64,000 bases of DNA from Bacillota bacterium (GTDB taxonomy: Bacteria > Bacillota > DTU065): positions 13,196 through 77,195 of the forward strand of contig JAHDNZ010000022.1 in the NCBI GenBank assembly GCA_018435125.1. The letters are read 5' to 3'. A model generated the notes under the pieces. It saw only the letters and a program-made list of their open reading frames with translations. It was not told where the DNA came from and made no database searches. Both the position numbers and the translations under genes were made by a program. Below are positions 1 through 10,027 of the stretch, piece by piece; the stretch's first letter is position 1, and each line of letters opens with the position of its first letter.

Positions 1-2
1 TA

Positions 3-30
3 AAAAGGCTGCCTAACGGCAGCCTTTTTG
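3..30. terminator. Hairpin AAAGGCTGCC-taac-GGCAGCCTTT flanked by A/T runs; bidirectional Rho-independent terminator of upstream gene
   Basis: Perfect 10-bp inverted repeat with 4-nt loop, T-run downstream, A-run upstream. Confidence 0.5.
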
Positions 31-114
31 CATAATTATGCAAAGACTCAAGCTACATATCATTTGTATACAGCATTACTTAATACAGAGTACTGTATGT
101 TTATAATGAGAGTC

Positions 115-143
115 TTGACATTATTATGCTCGTTATATAAGAT
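115..143 (+). promoter_or_regulatory. Candidate sigma-A promoter (TTGACA N17 TAAGAT) for HMGL-like gene
   Basis: TTGACA at 115-120, 17-nt spacer, TAAGAT at 138-143, ~60 nt before GTG 202. Confidence 0.3.
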
Positions 144-201
144 ATAAAATATCACAAATGTTACAGTAATGCAGCATTGTGGAAATTGGAGGTGAAGCGC
201 C

Positions 202-1482
202 GTGATCGAACCCATAGTAAGAGGAGATAAACCGCGTGTTTATCTTATCGATGTCACCAATCGCGACGGAGTTCAAACAGCTAATATAGGGTTATCCAAA
301 TTGCAGAAAACAATGCTAAATCACTACCTGGATCAAATGGGTGTTTTTCAATCCGAATTTGGCTTTCCTGCTTTAGAGCACGAAACAAACTATATCAACG
401 CTAATCTTGATTTGCAAAAGAGAGGGTTTTTCAAAAATATTAGACTTGAAGGCTGGGTAAGAGCCACCGTTGAGGATGTTTATAAAGCTCTAAAGCTAAC
501 AAAAGTCGAGCATTTGAACATCTCAATCTCTACCTCTCTTATTATGACCATAGGTAAATTCGGTAATAAAATTAACCGTGATGACATCTTAAAGATGATG
601 ACTGAAGCTGTAGATGCTGCACGCGAGGCTGGTGTAAAAACCATTGGGGTTAATGCCGAAGACGCTTCCCGTACTGCTGCAGAACGTGAAGATCAGGGCT
701 ATGATGAAGACTATCTAATGAAATTTGCTTTGGCAGCTAAAAAACATGGAGCCGATCGCATTCGTTACTGTGATACTTTAGGTTATGACCATGCCAATAG
801 TATCTATGATAGTGTTTATATGCTGGCCAAAGAAGTTCAGCTACCGATTGAGCTTCACTGCCATAACGATACTGGCTATGCTGTTGCCAATTCAGTTGAG
901 GGTGCCATGGGTGCTTTAGATGCCGGAGTAGATGCCTATATTAATGTAACCGTAAACGGTATGGGAGAGCGTGCTGGTAATGCGGATTTAGTCTCTGTTA
1001 TCCTAGCCTTAACAAAATCTCGTGGCCTAAAAGATAAAGATGTTTTAGATCCTAATGTAGATCTAGCTATGGCTTGGAAAATTGCCAATTATGTGGCACG
1101 TTCTTTTGGGGTGCCAATTCCAATTAACCAAGTCGGTGTAGGCAGCAACGCTTTTGCCCATGAATCTGGTATTCATGCCGATGGTATCCTAAAAGATCGT
1201 AAAAACTATGAGATCTATTCTCCGGAAGAATTGGGTATTCCCAACGAGTTGACTTTAGAAAGCGGCCGTATTATTACCACAGGTGAATACGGCGGCCTTA
1301 AAGGTCTAAAGCATGTCTTAAGCAAAATTAATGTTGACCTTACACCGGAGAAGGAGCGTAGAGTTCTTCAGCTAGTCCAGCTTGGAACAGCTCACAACCA
1401 AAAGCCTCTTTTACCCGATGAGCTTAGGTTTATTGCCGAATACCCGGATGAAGCTGCCAAGTTAATGACTGTAACACCATAA
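202..1482 (+). CDS. HMGL-like family synthase (homocitrate / 2-isopropylmalate / citramalate synthase family)
   Basis: GTG start after GGAGG RBS; TIM-barrel motifs DVTNRDGVQ, HCHNDTGYAVANS, GERAGNA typical of LeuA/NifV/CimA family. Confidence 0.8.
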   Translation: MIEPIVRGDKPRVYLIDVTNRDGVQTANIGLSKLQKTMLNHYLDQMGVFQSEFGFPALEHETNYINANLDLQKRGFFKNIRLEGWVRATVEDVYKALKLTKVEHLNISISTSLIMTIGKFGNKINRDDILKMMTEAVDAAREAGVKTIGVNAEDASRTAAEREDQGYDEDYLMKFALAAKKHGADRIRYCDTLGYDHANSIYDSVYMLAKEVQLPIELHCHNDTGYAVANSVEGAMGALDAGVDAYINVTVNGMGERAGNADLVSVILALTKSRGLKDKDVLDPNVDLAMAWKIANYVARSFGVPIPINQVGVGSNAFAHESGIHADGILKDRKNYEIYSPEELGIPNELTLESGRIITTGEYGGLKGLKHVLSKINVDLTPEKERRVLQLVQLGTAHNQKPLLPDELRFIAEYPDEAAKLMTVTP

Positions 1483-1510
1483 CTGCTGCTAAAAAAGCAG
1501 CAGTTTTTTG
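1483..1510 (+). terminator. Rho-independent terminator
   Basis: CTGCTGCT-aaaaaa-AGCAGCAG then TTTTTTG immediately after stop codon. Confidence 0.7.
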
Positions 1511-1611
1511 TTGGGTAGAAATAAGTGGTAAGTAAGTACAATAAAAGGAAATTAGGTTATTAGAGGAGAACGTTAAATTGGTTTATAATATCGCAAATTA
1601 AGGGTGATACC

Positions 1612-2619
1612 ATGAAAAGAAAACAACTTATAGGGATATTAATTTTAGTACTTGTAACAGCTACTTTTATGGCCTATAAATGGTCTTTTTTTCAAAAACA
1701 AACTTTAGCCGATCCACTGTGGGAAGAAATACACCAACAAGGGTCGGGAATTACGGTAAGCGGAACAGTTATCTCAGCCAAGGATAAAGAGTTTATTATT
1801 GATGTAGTAAGAGAAGACGCTCCCACATCCAGAGCACCGTCTTTATATTTTGTCGGAGATACGACCAAGATTTGGGAGAAAAACAAATGGCAGAAATTAA
1901 AAAAAGCCCCATCGGTTGGCACAATACTGATGATGTATATTCCCTTTCGACAAGAAGCGGCAGGTATTTTTATCGATAAAAACTATCAGTATGTCTTTGG
2001 TAAAGTAGACAAGTGGGATAATGATTCCATTACTATTGACAAAACAACCTACAACCTCCAGGATGTTTATCTTGAGAATAAAACCACAGCCAATAAAGTA
2101 GGAAGCTTTGCTATCTTGAGTCTGCAAAACGGAAAGGTCCAATATGCCGAGATCTGGCCAGAAGAAATGAGCCATATACCAACAGCTGTAGAAACTGCCC
2201 AAAAAAGATGGTTGGAAGACGGTTTTAGACCTAAAGATATAGACATCTACTGGGATGAGGGCTGGGTAGTAACCGGATATCAGCATCCTTTCAAGGATCA
2301 ACTAAATCAGTCAAAAAGACTATTTTTTACGCCAGATGCTAAAACAATTAAAGCCAGAAAAGATCTGCTGGCTTTTAATGAGCTTGAAATGCAAATAGAA
2401 TTTAGGGGTAAGGTCTATGCTTACTTTGGTTTGGAAGAGTTATTAGATGAAGCGGATATCGAGGAAACTAAACTAGAAGTTGCCGGAGAGAATTATCTGG
2501 GCGAAATATATTATTATTTAGAAAATGATTTAAGCAACCTATATACAAGGCCTGCTTGGAATAAGAAGGCTTTTATAGTCTGGAAAGAGGTAATAGGAGA
2601 TGTCGCTTCTTCAAGTTAG
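1612..2619 (+). CDS. Membrane-anchored hypothetical protein (single N-terminal TM helix)
   Basis: 335-aa ORF, hydrophobic N-terminus LIGILILVLVTATFMAY, no recognisable catalytic motif. Confidence 0.55.
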   Translation: MKRKQLIGILILVLVTATFMAYKWSFFQKQTLADPLWEEIHQQGSGITVSGTVISAKDKEFIIDVVREDAPTSRAPSLYFVGDTTKIWEKNKWQKLKKAPSVGTILMMYIPFRQEAAGIFIDKNYQYVFGKVDKWDNDSITIDKTTYNLQDVYLENKTTANKVGSFAILSLQNGKVQYAEIWPEEMSHIPTAVETAQKRWLEDGFRPKDIDIYWDEGWVVTGYQHPFKDQLNQSKRLFFTPDAKTIKARKDLLAFNELEMQIEFRGKVYAYFGLEELLDEADIEETKLEVAGENYLGEIYYYLENDLSNLYTRPAWNKKAFIVWKEVIGDVASSS

Positions 2620-4477
2620 AAACATAAGCAAATTTTTTGGCTCCAGGCAGATTCTAAACGATATAACTTTTGATATCAATCACCAGGATCGGATTGGTCT
2701 GATTGGTCAAAACGGAGCAGGTAAATCTACTTTACTAAAAATATTAGTAGGCGAAGAAGAGCTAGATGCAGGAGAGGTCTATTTTAGTTTAAATACCTCG
2801 CTAGGTTATCTGGCTCAGACTAAAGATTTTTCCTTGCCCACTTTGCTTTGGGATTTTCTTTCAGAACCATTTAAACCAGTAAAAGACTGCGAAAAGGAAC
2901 TCTTTACACTAAGCCAAAGGCTTCCTGAGTTAACTGGTTTGGAATTAGAAAAAGCCCTAAGCAGATATAACTGGCTTCATGAATGGTTTGAAAGAGAAGC
3001 AGGCTATCAGGCCAATGCTAGGCTAGAGATGGTTTTTAACGGTTTGGGTTTTAAACAAGCTGATAAAAAAAGACCTCTGGCTAGTTTTTCAGGTGGTGAG
3101 AGAACAAGAGTTGAGTTAGCTAGAACTCTTATTGAAAGGCCTGCTCTATTACTACTTGATGAACCAACCAATCACCTGGATACGTCTACGATCCAGTGGT
3201 TAGAGAACTATTTAAAGACCCAAGCAACTACTTATTTAGTAGTTTCTCACGATCGTTACTTTTTAGATGAAGTAGTTACCAAAGTGTTTTTTCTTGAGCA
3301 AGGTAAGCTTAGGATATATCAGGGTAACTACTCTCAATTTCGCAGGCAATTTGAAGAAGAAGAGAAAGCTTTACAAAAAGCCTACACCAAACAGCAAGCT
3401 TACCTTAACTTAGAAAAAGAATTAATTACCAGTGCCAGAAAGACAGAAAAAGCCCAAAGATTTGCTAAATCGCGAGAAAAGAGACTAGAACAACTAGAAT
3501 TGATTGAAAAACCTACCTCACCTATATCGCTATCCTTTTACTTTCCATTTTCAGGTCGCTCAGGCCAAATTGTTTTACAAGCCGAAAAGTTATCTTTTGC
3601 TTACAATGAGGAAAAAACTATTATCAACCCAGTGGATTTTACGGTTAAATATGGGGATCGTATCGGTCTTATAGGGCCAAATGGGTCTGGGAAAACAACC
3701 TTTATTAAACTTATTTTAGGTGAGTTTAGGCCAACTAAAGGTAAACTCAAGGTGGGTGCAGGTGTTAAAAGCTGCTACTTTTCACAGAGCCAAAAGTTTA
3801 TAAACGAGGCAAATACAGTATTAGAAGAAGTTTTAGCTACAAAGCACTTAACAATAGGAGAGGCCAGAGATCATTTGGCATTGTTTTTCTTTAGAGGTGC
3901 TGAGGTTGATAAAAAAGTCGCTGATCTTTCCGGAGGCGAAAAAAGCAGGCTGATTTTAGCAAAACTAGCGCTTGAAGGAGGTAACTTCCTGCTTTTTGAT
4001 GAGCCTACTAACAATCTGGATCTTAACTCCTTAGAGACATTAGAAAAAGCCTTGCTATCTTTTCCGGGGACTATTGTTTTTATTAGCCATGACCGTTATT
4101 TTATCTCCAAGGTAGCTAAAAAGATTATGGAGTTAAAAGATAGTTGCCTCACTTTATATCCATATAATTACCTGGATTACCTCAGGCAAAAAGAAAAAGC
4201 CTTAGAAAAAACACAAGCAAACAATATAAAAAAGACCACTGATTTTACCTCAAAAAAAGCCAAACCCCAAAAAGTTGCACTAAAAAAAGAGCAGCTACTA
4301 AAAAAGATCACCGCTTTGGAAGAGGATAAGCTGACAGCCAAAGAGAGTTTAACGAAAAAAGAGCTAGCAACTGACTGGGAGAAATTATCTTTGCTTGAAA
4401 CACAATTGAGTAAGATTGATAAAGAGCTTTCATTACTATATGAAGCTTGGATTGAACTTGAGGAAGGAGATAGTTAA
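2600..4477 (+). CDS. ABC-F family ATPase (two ABC domains plus C-terminal coiled coil; Uup/YheS-like translation factor)
   Basis: Two Walker A (GQNGAGKST, GPNGSGKTT), two signature motifs (LSGGERTRV, LSGGEKSRL), two Walker B (LLLDEPTNHLD, LLFDEPTNNLD); no TM domain. Confidence 0.85.
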   Translation: MSLLQVRNISKFFGSRQILNDITFDINHQDRIGLIGQNGAGKSTLLKILVGEEELDAGEVYFSLNTSLGYLAQTKDFSLPTLLWDFLSEPFKPVKDCEKELFTLSQRLPELTGLELEKALSRYNWLHEWFEREAGYQANARLEMVFNGLGFKQADKKRPLASFSGGERTRVELARTLIERPALLLLDEPTNHLDTSTIQWLENYLKTQATTYLVVSHDRYFLDEVVTKVFFLEQGKLRIYQGNYSQFRRQFEEEEKALQKAYTKQQAYLNLEKELITSARKTEKAQRFAKSREKRLEQLELIEKPTSPISLSFYFPFSGRSGQIVLQAEKLSFAYNEEKTIINPVDFTVKYGDRIGLIGPNGSGKTTFIKLILGEFRPTKGKLKVGAGVKSCYFSQSQKFINEANTVLEEVLATKHLTIGEARDHLALFFFRGAEVDKKVADLSGGEKSRLILAKLALEGGNFLLFDEPTNNLDLNSLETLEKALLSFPGTIVFISHDRYFISKVAKKIMELKDSCLTLYPYNYLDYLRQKEKALEKTQANNIKKTTDFTSKKAKPQKVALKKEQLLKKITALEEDKLTAKESLTKKELATDWEKLSLLETQLSKIDKELSLLYEAWIELEEGDS

Positions 4478-4478
4478 G

Positions 4479-6161
4479 GTGAAAAAGAGACTAATAACAG
4501 TTATGGTTATTTTCTTTGTTACGATGGTTATTTCAGCTAGCAGTTTGCCTATGGAATACCAGAAAATCTTAAAAGAGATGACTCTAGAAGAGAAAGTTGG
4601 CCAAATGCTTCTTTTGGGCGTACCTGGGACATCTATTAACTCAACTGCTAAAGCTATAGTTACAGAGCTAAAAGCAGGGGGAGTAGTCCTATTTGCAGCT
4701 AATTTAACCAGCATATCTCAAGCAACCAATTTTACCAGCCAATTACAAGAAGAAACCTTGAAAACCAAATTAAAGATCCCCCTATTAATAACAGCAGATG
4801 AAGAGGGTGGCCTGGTTTCCCGCTTGCCTCTGGGCATGGTAACTATGCCCGGTAATATGGCACTTGGAGCCTCCAGAAACGAACATTTAGCCGCTAAAGC
4901 TTATTATCACACCGGCCGGCAGCTAAGAGCCTTAGGTATTAATATGAACTTAGCACCGGTTTTAGATGTAAATAATAATCCCAATAATCCTGTTATAGGA
5001 CTACGTTCCTTTGGTTCGGACCCATTGCTTGTCGGTAATATGGGTCTTGCAGCCATATCCGGTCTAAAAGATGCGCAGGTAGGCAGTATTGTGAAGCATT
5101 TTCCCGGGCATGGTGATACCGGTATAGATAGTCATTATGCTCTGCCTATTGTGACTAAGAGTCAAAAAGAATTAAAGGAAATGGAATTAGCGCCGTTTCA
5201 AAAAGCACTTGCTGGCGGAGCAAAAGCAGTAATGACTGCTCATATAGAATTTCCCGCTCTAACCGGGGGCAAAAAGGTACCGGCTACACTATCTTCAGAG
5301 ATCTTAACCGATCTTTTAAGGGCTAACTGGGGTTATACTGGGGTAATTTCTACTGATGATATGACCATGAAAGCAATTACCAATTATTTTGGTCAGAAGG
5401 ATGCATTTGTTATGGCAGTAAAAGCTGGAGTTGATCAGCTGCTGATTGTAGGTGATCTAAATAACCAAAGGCTTGCTAAACAAGCTATTATCGATGCGGT
5501 AGAAAAAGGTGAGATCTCGGAGAAAAGAATCGATCAGTCAGTCGAGAGAATACTGACCTTAAAAGCGGAGTTAGGGTTAAAACCAAATAAGCTTCCGGAG
5601 TTACTTGATCCGAAAACAGAAGCAAAAGCAGCCGAAAAGATTGCTTTAGAGGTTGGTCTTCAATCTATAACTCAGCTTAGAGACGAAGGCCGTCTACTTC
5701 AAAAAGGTGATCGAGTGTTACTAGCGGTCATCGATAGCAAGCTAATGGGAGCAGCCGGAAGAGTTGGAACTACAATTAGTTATCTTTTAAGAAAAGAACT
5801 TAACGACAGGGGCTTTGCTGTTGAAACTGTAATCTTAGCCAATAAGCCTTCAAGTTATGAACAGGAATTAGTTTCTAATAAAGCCAAAGAGTGCGATATA
5901 GTTATTGTTTTAACTCGTAATGCAGGTTATGAACAAGCTGGGGTTATTAAAAGAATTACTCACACACCTCTAATTACTGTAGCTTTACAAAACCCCTATG
6001 ATATTTTAAAATACCCTGATGTCAAGGTGCACTTTATAACATATGGTTACACAGAAGCTTCTATAAAGGCCTTAGCGGCTATTTTAACCAAAGAACAAGC
6101 TGCCTTAGGTCAGCTACCGGTAACAGTTTCCAAAACCTATGCATTTGGGTATAAGAGATAG
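4479..6161 (+). CDS. Secreted glycoside hydrolase family 3 protein (beta-N-acetylhexosaminidase, NagZ-like)
   Basis: GTG start after AAGGAGGAG; signal/TM N-terminus; GH3 motif KHFPGHGDTGIDSHYALP. Confidence 0.8.
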   Translation: MKKRLITVMVIFFVTMVISASSLPMEYQKILKEMTLEEKVGQMLLLGVPGTSINSTAKAIVTELKAGGVVLFAANLTSISQATNFTSQLQEETLKTKLKIPLLITADEEGGLVSRLPLGMVTMPGNMALGASRNEHLAAKAYYHTGRQLRALGINMNLAPVLDVNNNPNNPVIGLRSFGSDPLLVGNMGLAAISGLKDAQVGSIVKHFPGHGDTGIDSHYALPIVTKSQKELKEMELAPFQKALAGGAKAVMTAHIEFPALTGGKKVPATLSSEILTDLLRANWGYTGVISTDDMTMKAITNYFGQKDAFVMAVKAGVDQLLIVGDLNNQRLAKQAIIDAVEKGEISEKRIDQSVERILTLKAELGLKPNKLPELLDPKTEAKAAEKIALEVGLQSITQLRDEGRLLQKGDRVLLAVIDSKLMGAAGRVGTTISYLLRKELNDRGFAVETVILANKPSSYEQELVSNKAKECDIVIVLTRNAGYEQAGVIKRITHTPLITVALQNPYDILKYPDVKVHFITYGYTEASIKALAAILTKEQAALGQLPVTVSKTYAFGYKR

Positions 6162-6187
6162 GAGCATTTAGCTCCTATCTCTTTTTT
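6157..6187 (+). terminator. Rho-independent terminator
   Basis: GATAGGAGC-attta-GCTCCTATC followed by TCTTTTTT; overlaps stop codon. Confidence 0.7.
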
Positions 6188-6271
6188 AAACTTAATGAAT
6201 AAACAGGATAAAAAGCCTATCTGCCGAAAATATATAATAATTGAGGTAAATAACAATTAAATTATTTTAAT

Positions 6272-6293
6272 TTGTGACAAACAGTTGTCACAA
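6272..6293. promoter_or_regulatory. Perfect palindromic operator TTGTGACAA-acag-TTGTCACAA, overlapping a TATAAT -10 box at 6297-6302
   Basis: 9-bp perfect inverted repeat with 4-bp spacer 30 nt upstream of the WYL regulator gene. Confidence 0.6.
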
Positions 6294-6322
6294 AAATATA
6301 ATATGATAGGGGCGGAAAGGAA

Positions 6323-7276
6323 GTGGAGTTAAACACCAAAGTTGATACCATGATCCGCTTTATTAATTTGGTGAAAGCTCGTCCCAATCAGCATATAGAT
6401 TATTATGCTGATAGATTAGGGCGTTCATCAAGGACTGTTCGCCGCTATATTGACGACGCTTCGTTTGCCGGGGTGCCGATTTATCTTGATAAGAGCAAAG
6501 TTGCTCTTTTAGATAATGCGAGCCTTGAAAAAGAGCTATTAAATCCGACTGAAACATTTTTACTATTATTATCACTTGGGGCTTTAAAAAACAGTACTGA
6601 TGATTCTAATTTATACCAAAGGATTACTGATGCGGTAAATCGCTATACTAACAAATTTACTTTTGAAGAGGCAAAAGCTTTATCGAACAGAGTCAAAATC
6701 TACCCCAACCTGTGTGAGGAAGTGTCTTCAGATCCTAAGGTAATTGATTCTATTCTTAAAGCCATCTATGCTAATCGTACTATCGAATTTAAATACCTAA
6801 AGTTAAGTGGAAATAGAAAAGAAACTAGGAAAGTAGACCCCTACTATCTGTTTTTTAAACGCACAGATTGGTACTTAATTGGGAAGTGTCATAAAAGGAA
6901 TGAGCTTAGGATATTTAGGGTAGGTCGTATAGAGGCAGTAAGACAACTTCTTGAACAATTTATTTTACCAGAGGATCTTTCCATCGACGAATACCTGGCT
7001 AATGTTTGGGAACTAGAAAAAGGAGAAGAGATTGAACTTGAGCTTCTTTTTAAGCCCGAAGTAGCCCAAATTATTATGGAAACTAAATATCATCCACTTG
7101 AGAAAAAAGAGTATCTTAATGATGGTAGCATTTTGTACAAGGTTACTTGTAGCGGTGTTAACGAGACGTTTAGATGGATTCTTTCATTTGGATTTAATGT
7201 AGAGGTGATAAAGCCAATTAGTTTTCGAGAAAAATTGCTAGCTATCGGTAGTTATCTTACAAATACTTATTGCTAA
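6323..7276 (+). CDS. WYL-domain transcriptional regulator (N-terminal HTH + WYL, BrxR/CapW-like architecture)
   Basis: HTH YYADRLGRSSRTVRRYIDD; WYL signature VDPYYLFFKRTDWYLIGKCHKRNELRIFRVGRI; GTG start, ATG 6350 alternative. Confidence 0.8.
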   Translation: MELNTKVDTMIRFINLVKARPNQHIDYYADRLGRSSRTVRRYIDDASFAGVPIYLDKSKVALLDNASLEKELLNPTETFLLLLSLGALKNSTDDSNLYQRITDAVNRYTNKFTFEEAKALSNRVKIYPNLCEEVSSDPKVIDSILKAIYANRTIEFKYLKLSGNRKETRKVDPYYLFFKRTDWYLIGKCHKRNELRIFRVGRIEAVRQLLEQFILPEDLSIDEYLANVWELEKGEEIELELLFKPEVAQIIMETKYHPLEKKEYLNDGSILYKVTCSGVNETFRWILSFGFNVEVIKPISFREKLLAIGSYLTNTYC

Positions 7277-7294
7277 AAGACTCGAGGTGGTACG

Positions 7295-8086
7295 ATGCCT
7301 CAAAGCATCATCGTAAAATTTATCCCTACTGAATCGCGAAGTTTTGATGTATCACTAGGTCAGCAGATCCATGCGTTGTTTTTAAATACTATCCGTAAGG
7401 TGGATGCTAATCTTTCGCAGACACTTCATGATGGACTTGCCGGTAAACCTTTTACGGTTTCCTTGCCCGTAAATAAAAAAAACATACCACTCACTCAATT
7501 TATTGCGGGTGATGAATGTTTTATTCGCTATACAATCTTTTCTGACAAGATATGGGATATCTTTCCCCAGATTATTTCTACGGTAAAAAATGAAACAGCT
7601 CATATCTCAAGGACAGAAGTTAAAATTACTATGGTTTCATTCACTTCTGATGAGATTGTTAAGGCCAATGAGAGCTTCAAAGAATTGGCTGAAACAGAGC
7701 CAGCCTCTAAGTTTGTGGTTAGCTTTATTTCCCCTACTTCTTTTAGGCTACAGGGCCATTCTTTTATTTTACCTTTACCAAGTTTTATGTATGCAGGGTA
7801 CTTACGTAAATGGAACAAATATTCAAACTATAAGATCTCGGAAGATATCTTAGTAGAAATTAATGATCGCTTACTTATTTCTAAAATTAACTTAGCCAGT
7901 CAGGTTTTAAACTACTCAAAATATTTTCAGATTGGATTTACCGGACAGGTTACATTAAATGTTGCTGATTATTCACTAAACGAAAGACAAGTTCTGACAA
8001 CACTAACTAAATTTGCTTACTTTTGTGGTACAGGGCATAAAACAACCATGGGTATGGGACAAACAAGAGTAAAGTTGTTAACCTAA
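7295..8086 (+). CDS. Cas6-like RAMP endoribonuclease homolog (orphan; no array or other cas genes nearby)
   Basis: ~260 aa; N-terminal beta-strand pattern like Cas6; C-terminal glycine-rich loop GTGHKTTMGMG matches Cas6 G-rich loop GxGxKTSxGxG. Confidence 0.55.
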   Translation: MPQSIIVKFIPTESRSFDVSLGQQIHALFLNTIRKVDANLSQTLHDGLAGKPFTVSLPVNKKNIPLTQFIAGDECFIRYTIFSDKIWDIFPQIISTVKNETAHISRTEVKITMVSFTSDEIVKANESFKELAETEPASKFVVSFISPTSFRLQGHSFILPLPSFMYAGYLRKWNKYSNYKISEDILVEINDRLLISKINLASQVLNYSKYFQIGFTGQVTLNVADYSLNERQVLTTLTKFAYFCGTGHKTTMGMGQTRVKLLT

Positions 8087-8110
8087 AAAGGGGACTTTAA
8101 GTCCCCTTTC
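8086..8110. terminator. Bidirectional Rho-independent terminator between convergent genes
   Basis: AAAA-GGGGAC-tttaa-GTCCCC-TTT between Cas6-like (+) and ypeB (-). Confidence 0.65.
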
Positions 8111-9440
8111 ACATAGTTATGGTACCTTTCCCGCTAGGAACAATATAGAGAATGTTAACCTCTATCCCGGTAAGAGCATCTAGATAGACCAAAAATTCTT
8201 CTTTTGTATCTTTAAGCTTAGCTCTGATTTCATAACAAAAAGCTTCGGTAGCATCGGTTTTTGGAATAACTACTAGTTGTGAGGTAATAGGGGTTAGTTC
8301 TTTGGATAATTTCTCTAAAGCTTGATTGGTTGATAAAACAGGGTTTGGTAGGTTTCTGGTTCTGTGGTTCATGATATAGGAAAGGCTATCTTGAGCCAAG
8401 ATTTCACCATTATCTAAAGCTACTTCAACTTTAATTAGATCAGGGTACATTAAAACACCGTTTTCAACCGGAGCAAAGGCTATTAGTAGAGTATGATCTT
8501 CAACAAAAGGGTAGGTTTCTTTTACAGGAACCCAATTCTGGCTGGCAATGAATTCCTTGGCTTTTTTTTCAGCTTCAGCCAAAGTTATTTGGGTATTATT
8601 AATGTTACGTGCATTTAGGAACTGAAGGATAAACCCACCTTTTTTGGAAATGTCAATACGAATTGTACCCTCACGAGAGGCAAAGCTATAAGCAGGCATT
8701 TTACCTTTAACTTCTTCAGCAAAATTTAGGTCAACTTTATTGTTAGTAGCTTTGGCTACAGTTTGTTCAGCAATTCGCTCTGCTTCTTCTTTAGATATTT
8801 CATTACCAATTAGTCCTTTGGGAGTTATATTCTCGATGTGATCCGAAAAAGGTCCATCATATGTAAGTGAAGGAACTTGATCTAGTTCATCTGAGATAAG
8901 TTGAAAGCCATCTTTAAATGAATTGGGCTCGGTGGGGGCTTTTTGGCTCTCTTTACTAAGATCATCCCAAGTTAAACGTCCTACTTCTGCTTTTTGTTGG
9001 ATGTCCTCTAACTGTTTACCTAAGCTTTTGGAGTTGTCAAAAAGAATACGTAAGTTATTGCGCTGCTCGTCTGTCAGAGGAGTAATGGTAGCCGCCCTGG
9101 CTAAAGATAAAGCATAATCACCAAGTTGATTCAAAAACTTGGAAGTTCTAAGTAGCATATTTAAAGGTAGTGGCATACTGGTTAGATAAGCTTGGGCACT
9201 AAATGAGTCCCTGGTAACTTGAGCTAAGGACTGAGCCGTTTGGGCTTGGGAGGAAGAAACAAGTGCTTTACCTAAATTAACAGTTGCACCGTTTACACTC
9301 GCACTAAGTTCATAAAAAGACTTAGAATATTGGTTGGACAAGCCAATTTGAGCCATCTTACGAGCTTGATACTGTGAATAGGCAAAATAACTGAGAGAGA
9401 GAACTAGAATGGCTAGAATTACATAGCCAACTTTACTCAT
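8109..9440 (-). CDS. ypeB: Germination protein YpeB (membrane-anchored, PepSY-domain)
   Basis: N-terminal TM, conserved stretches NQYSKSFYEL and MPLPLNMLLRTSKFLNQLGDYAL as in B. subtilis YpeB; lies downstream of sleB on the same strand. Confidence 0.8.
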   Translation of the reverse strand: MSKVGYVILAILVLSLSYFAYSQYQARKMAQIGLSNQYSKSFYELSASVNGATVNLGKALVSSSQAQTAQSLAQVTRDSFSAQAYLTSMPLPLNMLLRTSKFLNQLGDYALSLARAATITPLTDEQRNNLRILFDNSKSLGKQLEDIQQKAEVGRLTWDDLSKESQKAPTEPNSFKDGFQLISDELDQVPSLTYDGPFSDHIENITPKGLIGNEISKEEAERIAEQTVAKATNNKVDLNFAEEVKGKMPAYSFASREGTIRIDISKKGGFILQFLNARNINNTQITLAEAEKKAKEFIASQNWVPVKETYPFVEDHTLLIAFAPVENGVLMYPDLIKVEVALDNGEILAQDSLSYIMNHRTRNLPNPVLSTNQALEKLSKELTPITSQLVVIPKTDATEAFCYEIRAKLKDTKEEFLVYLDALTGIEVNILYIVPSGKGTITM

Positions 9441-9451
9441 TTTTACACCTC

Positions 9452-9907
9452 CTAGCGAGCAAATACATGGTTGCCAATCCAGCGTATTATTTTACGAGTC
9501 CAAATCCATGAGCTAACAGGTTTTGAGGGATTCCAAAAGAAGGTACATCCATAGGTGGGATCCCATCCATTAATAGCAGCTCTAGCTGCATTATAAGCTG
9601 TACTAGATGGGGTTCTCCGCCAAATAAGACCGTTGGAAACAGATTCAAAAGCTCTTGGCTGGTAAACTACACCAGCTAGAGTGTTTGGGAACAACGAACT
9701 TTTGACCCGATTAAGAAGCACACTACCTACAGCAACCTGACCTTCATATGGCTCTCCTTGTGATTCGGCAGCGATAACTCTAGCTATCAGATCAATATTT
9801 CCCGCATAGCGTTGAGGGCTGGCATAGGAGGTAGGTTGCCAGAAAAGTAAAAATGCTGACAGTGTAAGAGCTGCTAGCGCAGCGACAATTTTTAAAAGGC
9901 GGTGCAC
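9452..9907 (-). CDS. sleB: Spore cortex-lytic cell wall hydrolase, SleB/CwlJ family (catalytic domain only)
   Basis: Signal peptide; Hydrolase_2 motifs IDLIARVIAAESQGEPYEGQVAVGSVLLNRV and AFESVSNG; operon partner of ypeB. Confidence 0.75.
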   Translation of the reverse strand: MHRLLKIVAALAALTLSAFLLFWQPTSYASPQRYAGNIDLIARVIAAESQGEPYEGQVAVGSVLLNRVKSSLFPNTLAGVVYQPRAFESVSNGLIWRRTPSSTAYNAARAAINGWDPTYGCTFFWNPSKPVSSWIWTRKIIRWIGNHVFAR

Positions 9908-10027
9908 ATTTTCTCCTCCTTGGCAGTTTTTAGATTGTTTATCCTGTCAAGTAGTAGTGTGCCAAAAAAGCCCTTTAATCATTCTTGGCTCTGAATGTGA
10001 CTTAAGTCTAAAATGAGGTGAAATTTA

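Noticed and set aside
8923-9117. 64-aa plus-strand ORF inside ypeB
   Set aside because: It is antisense to the conserved ypeB coding region, with no RBS.
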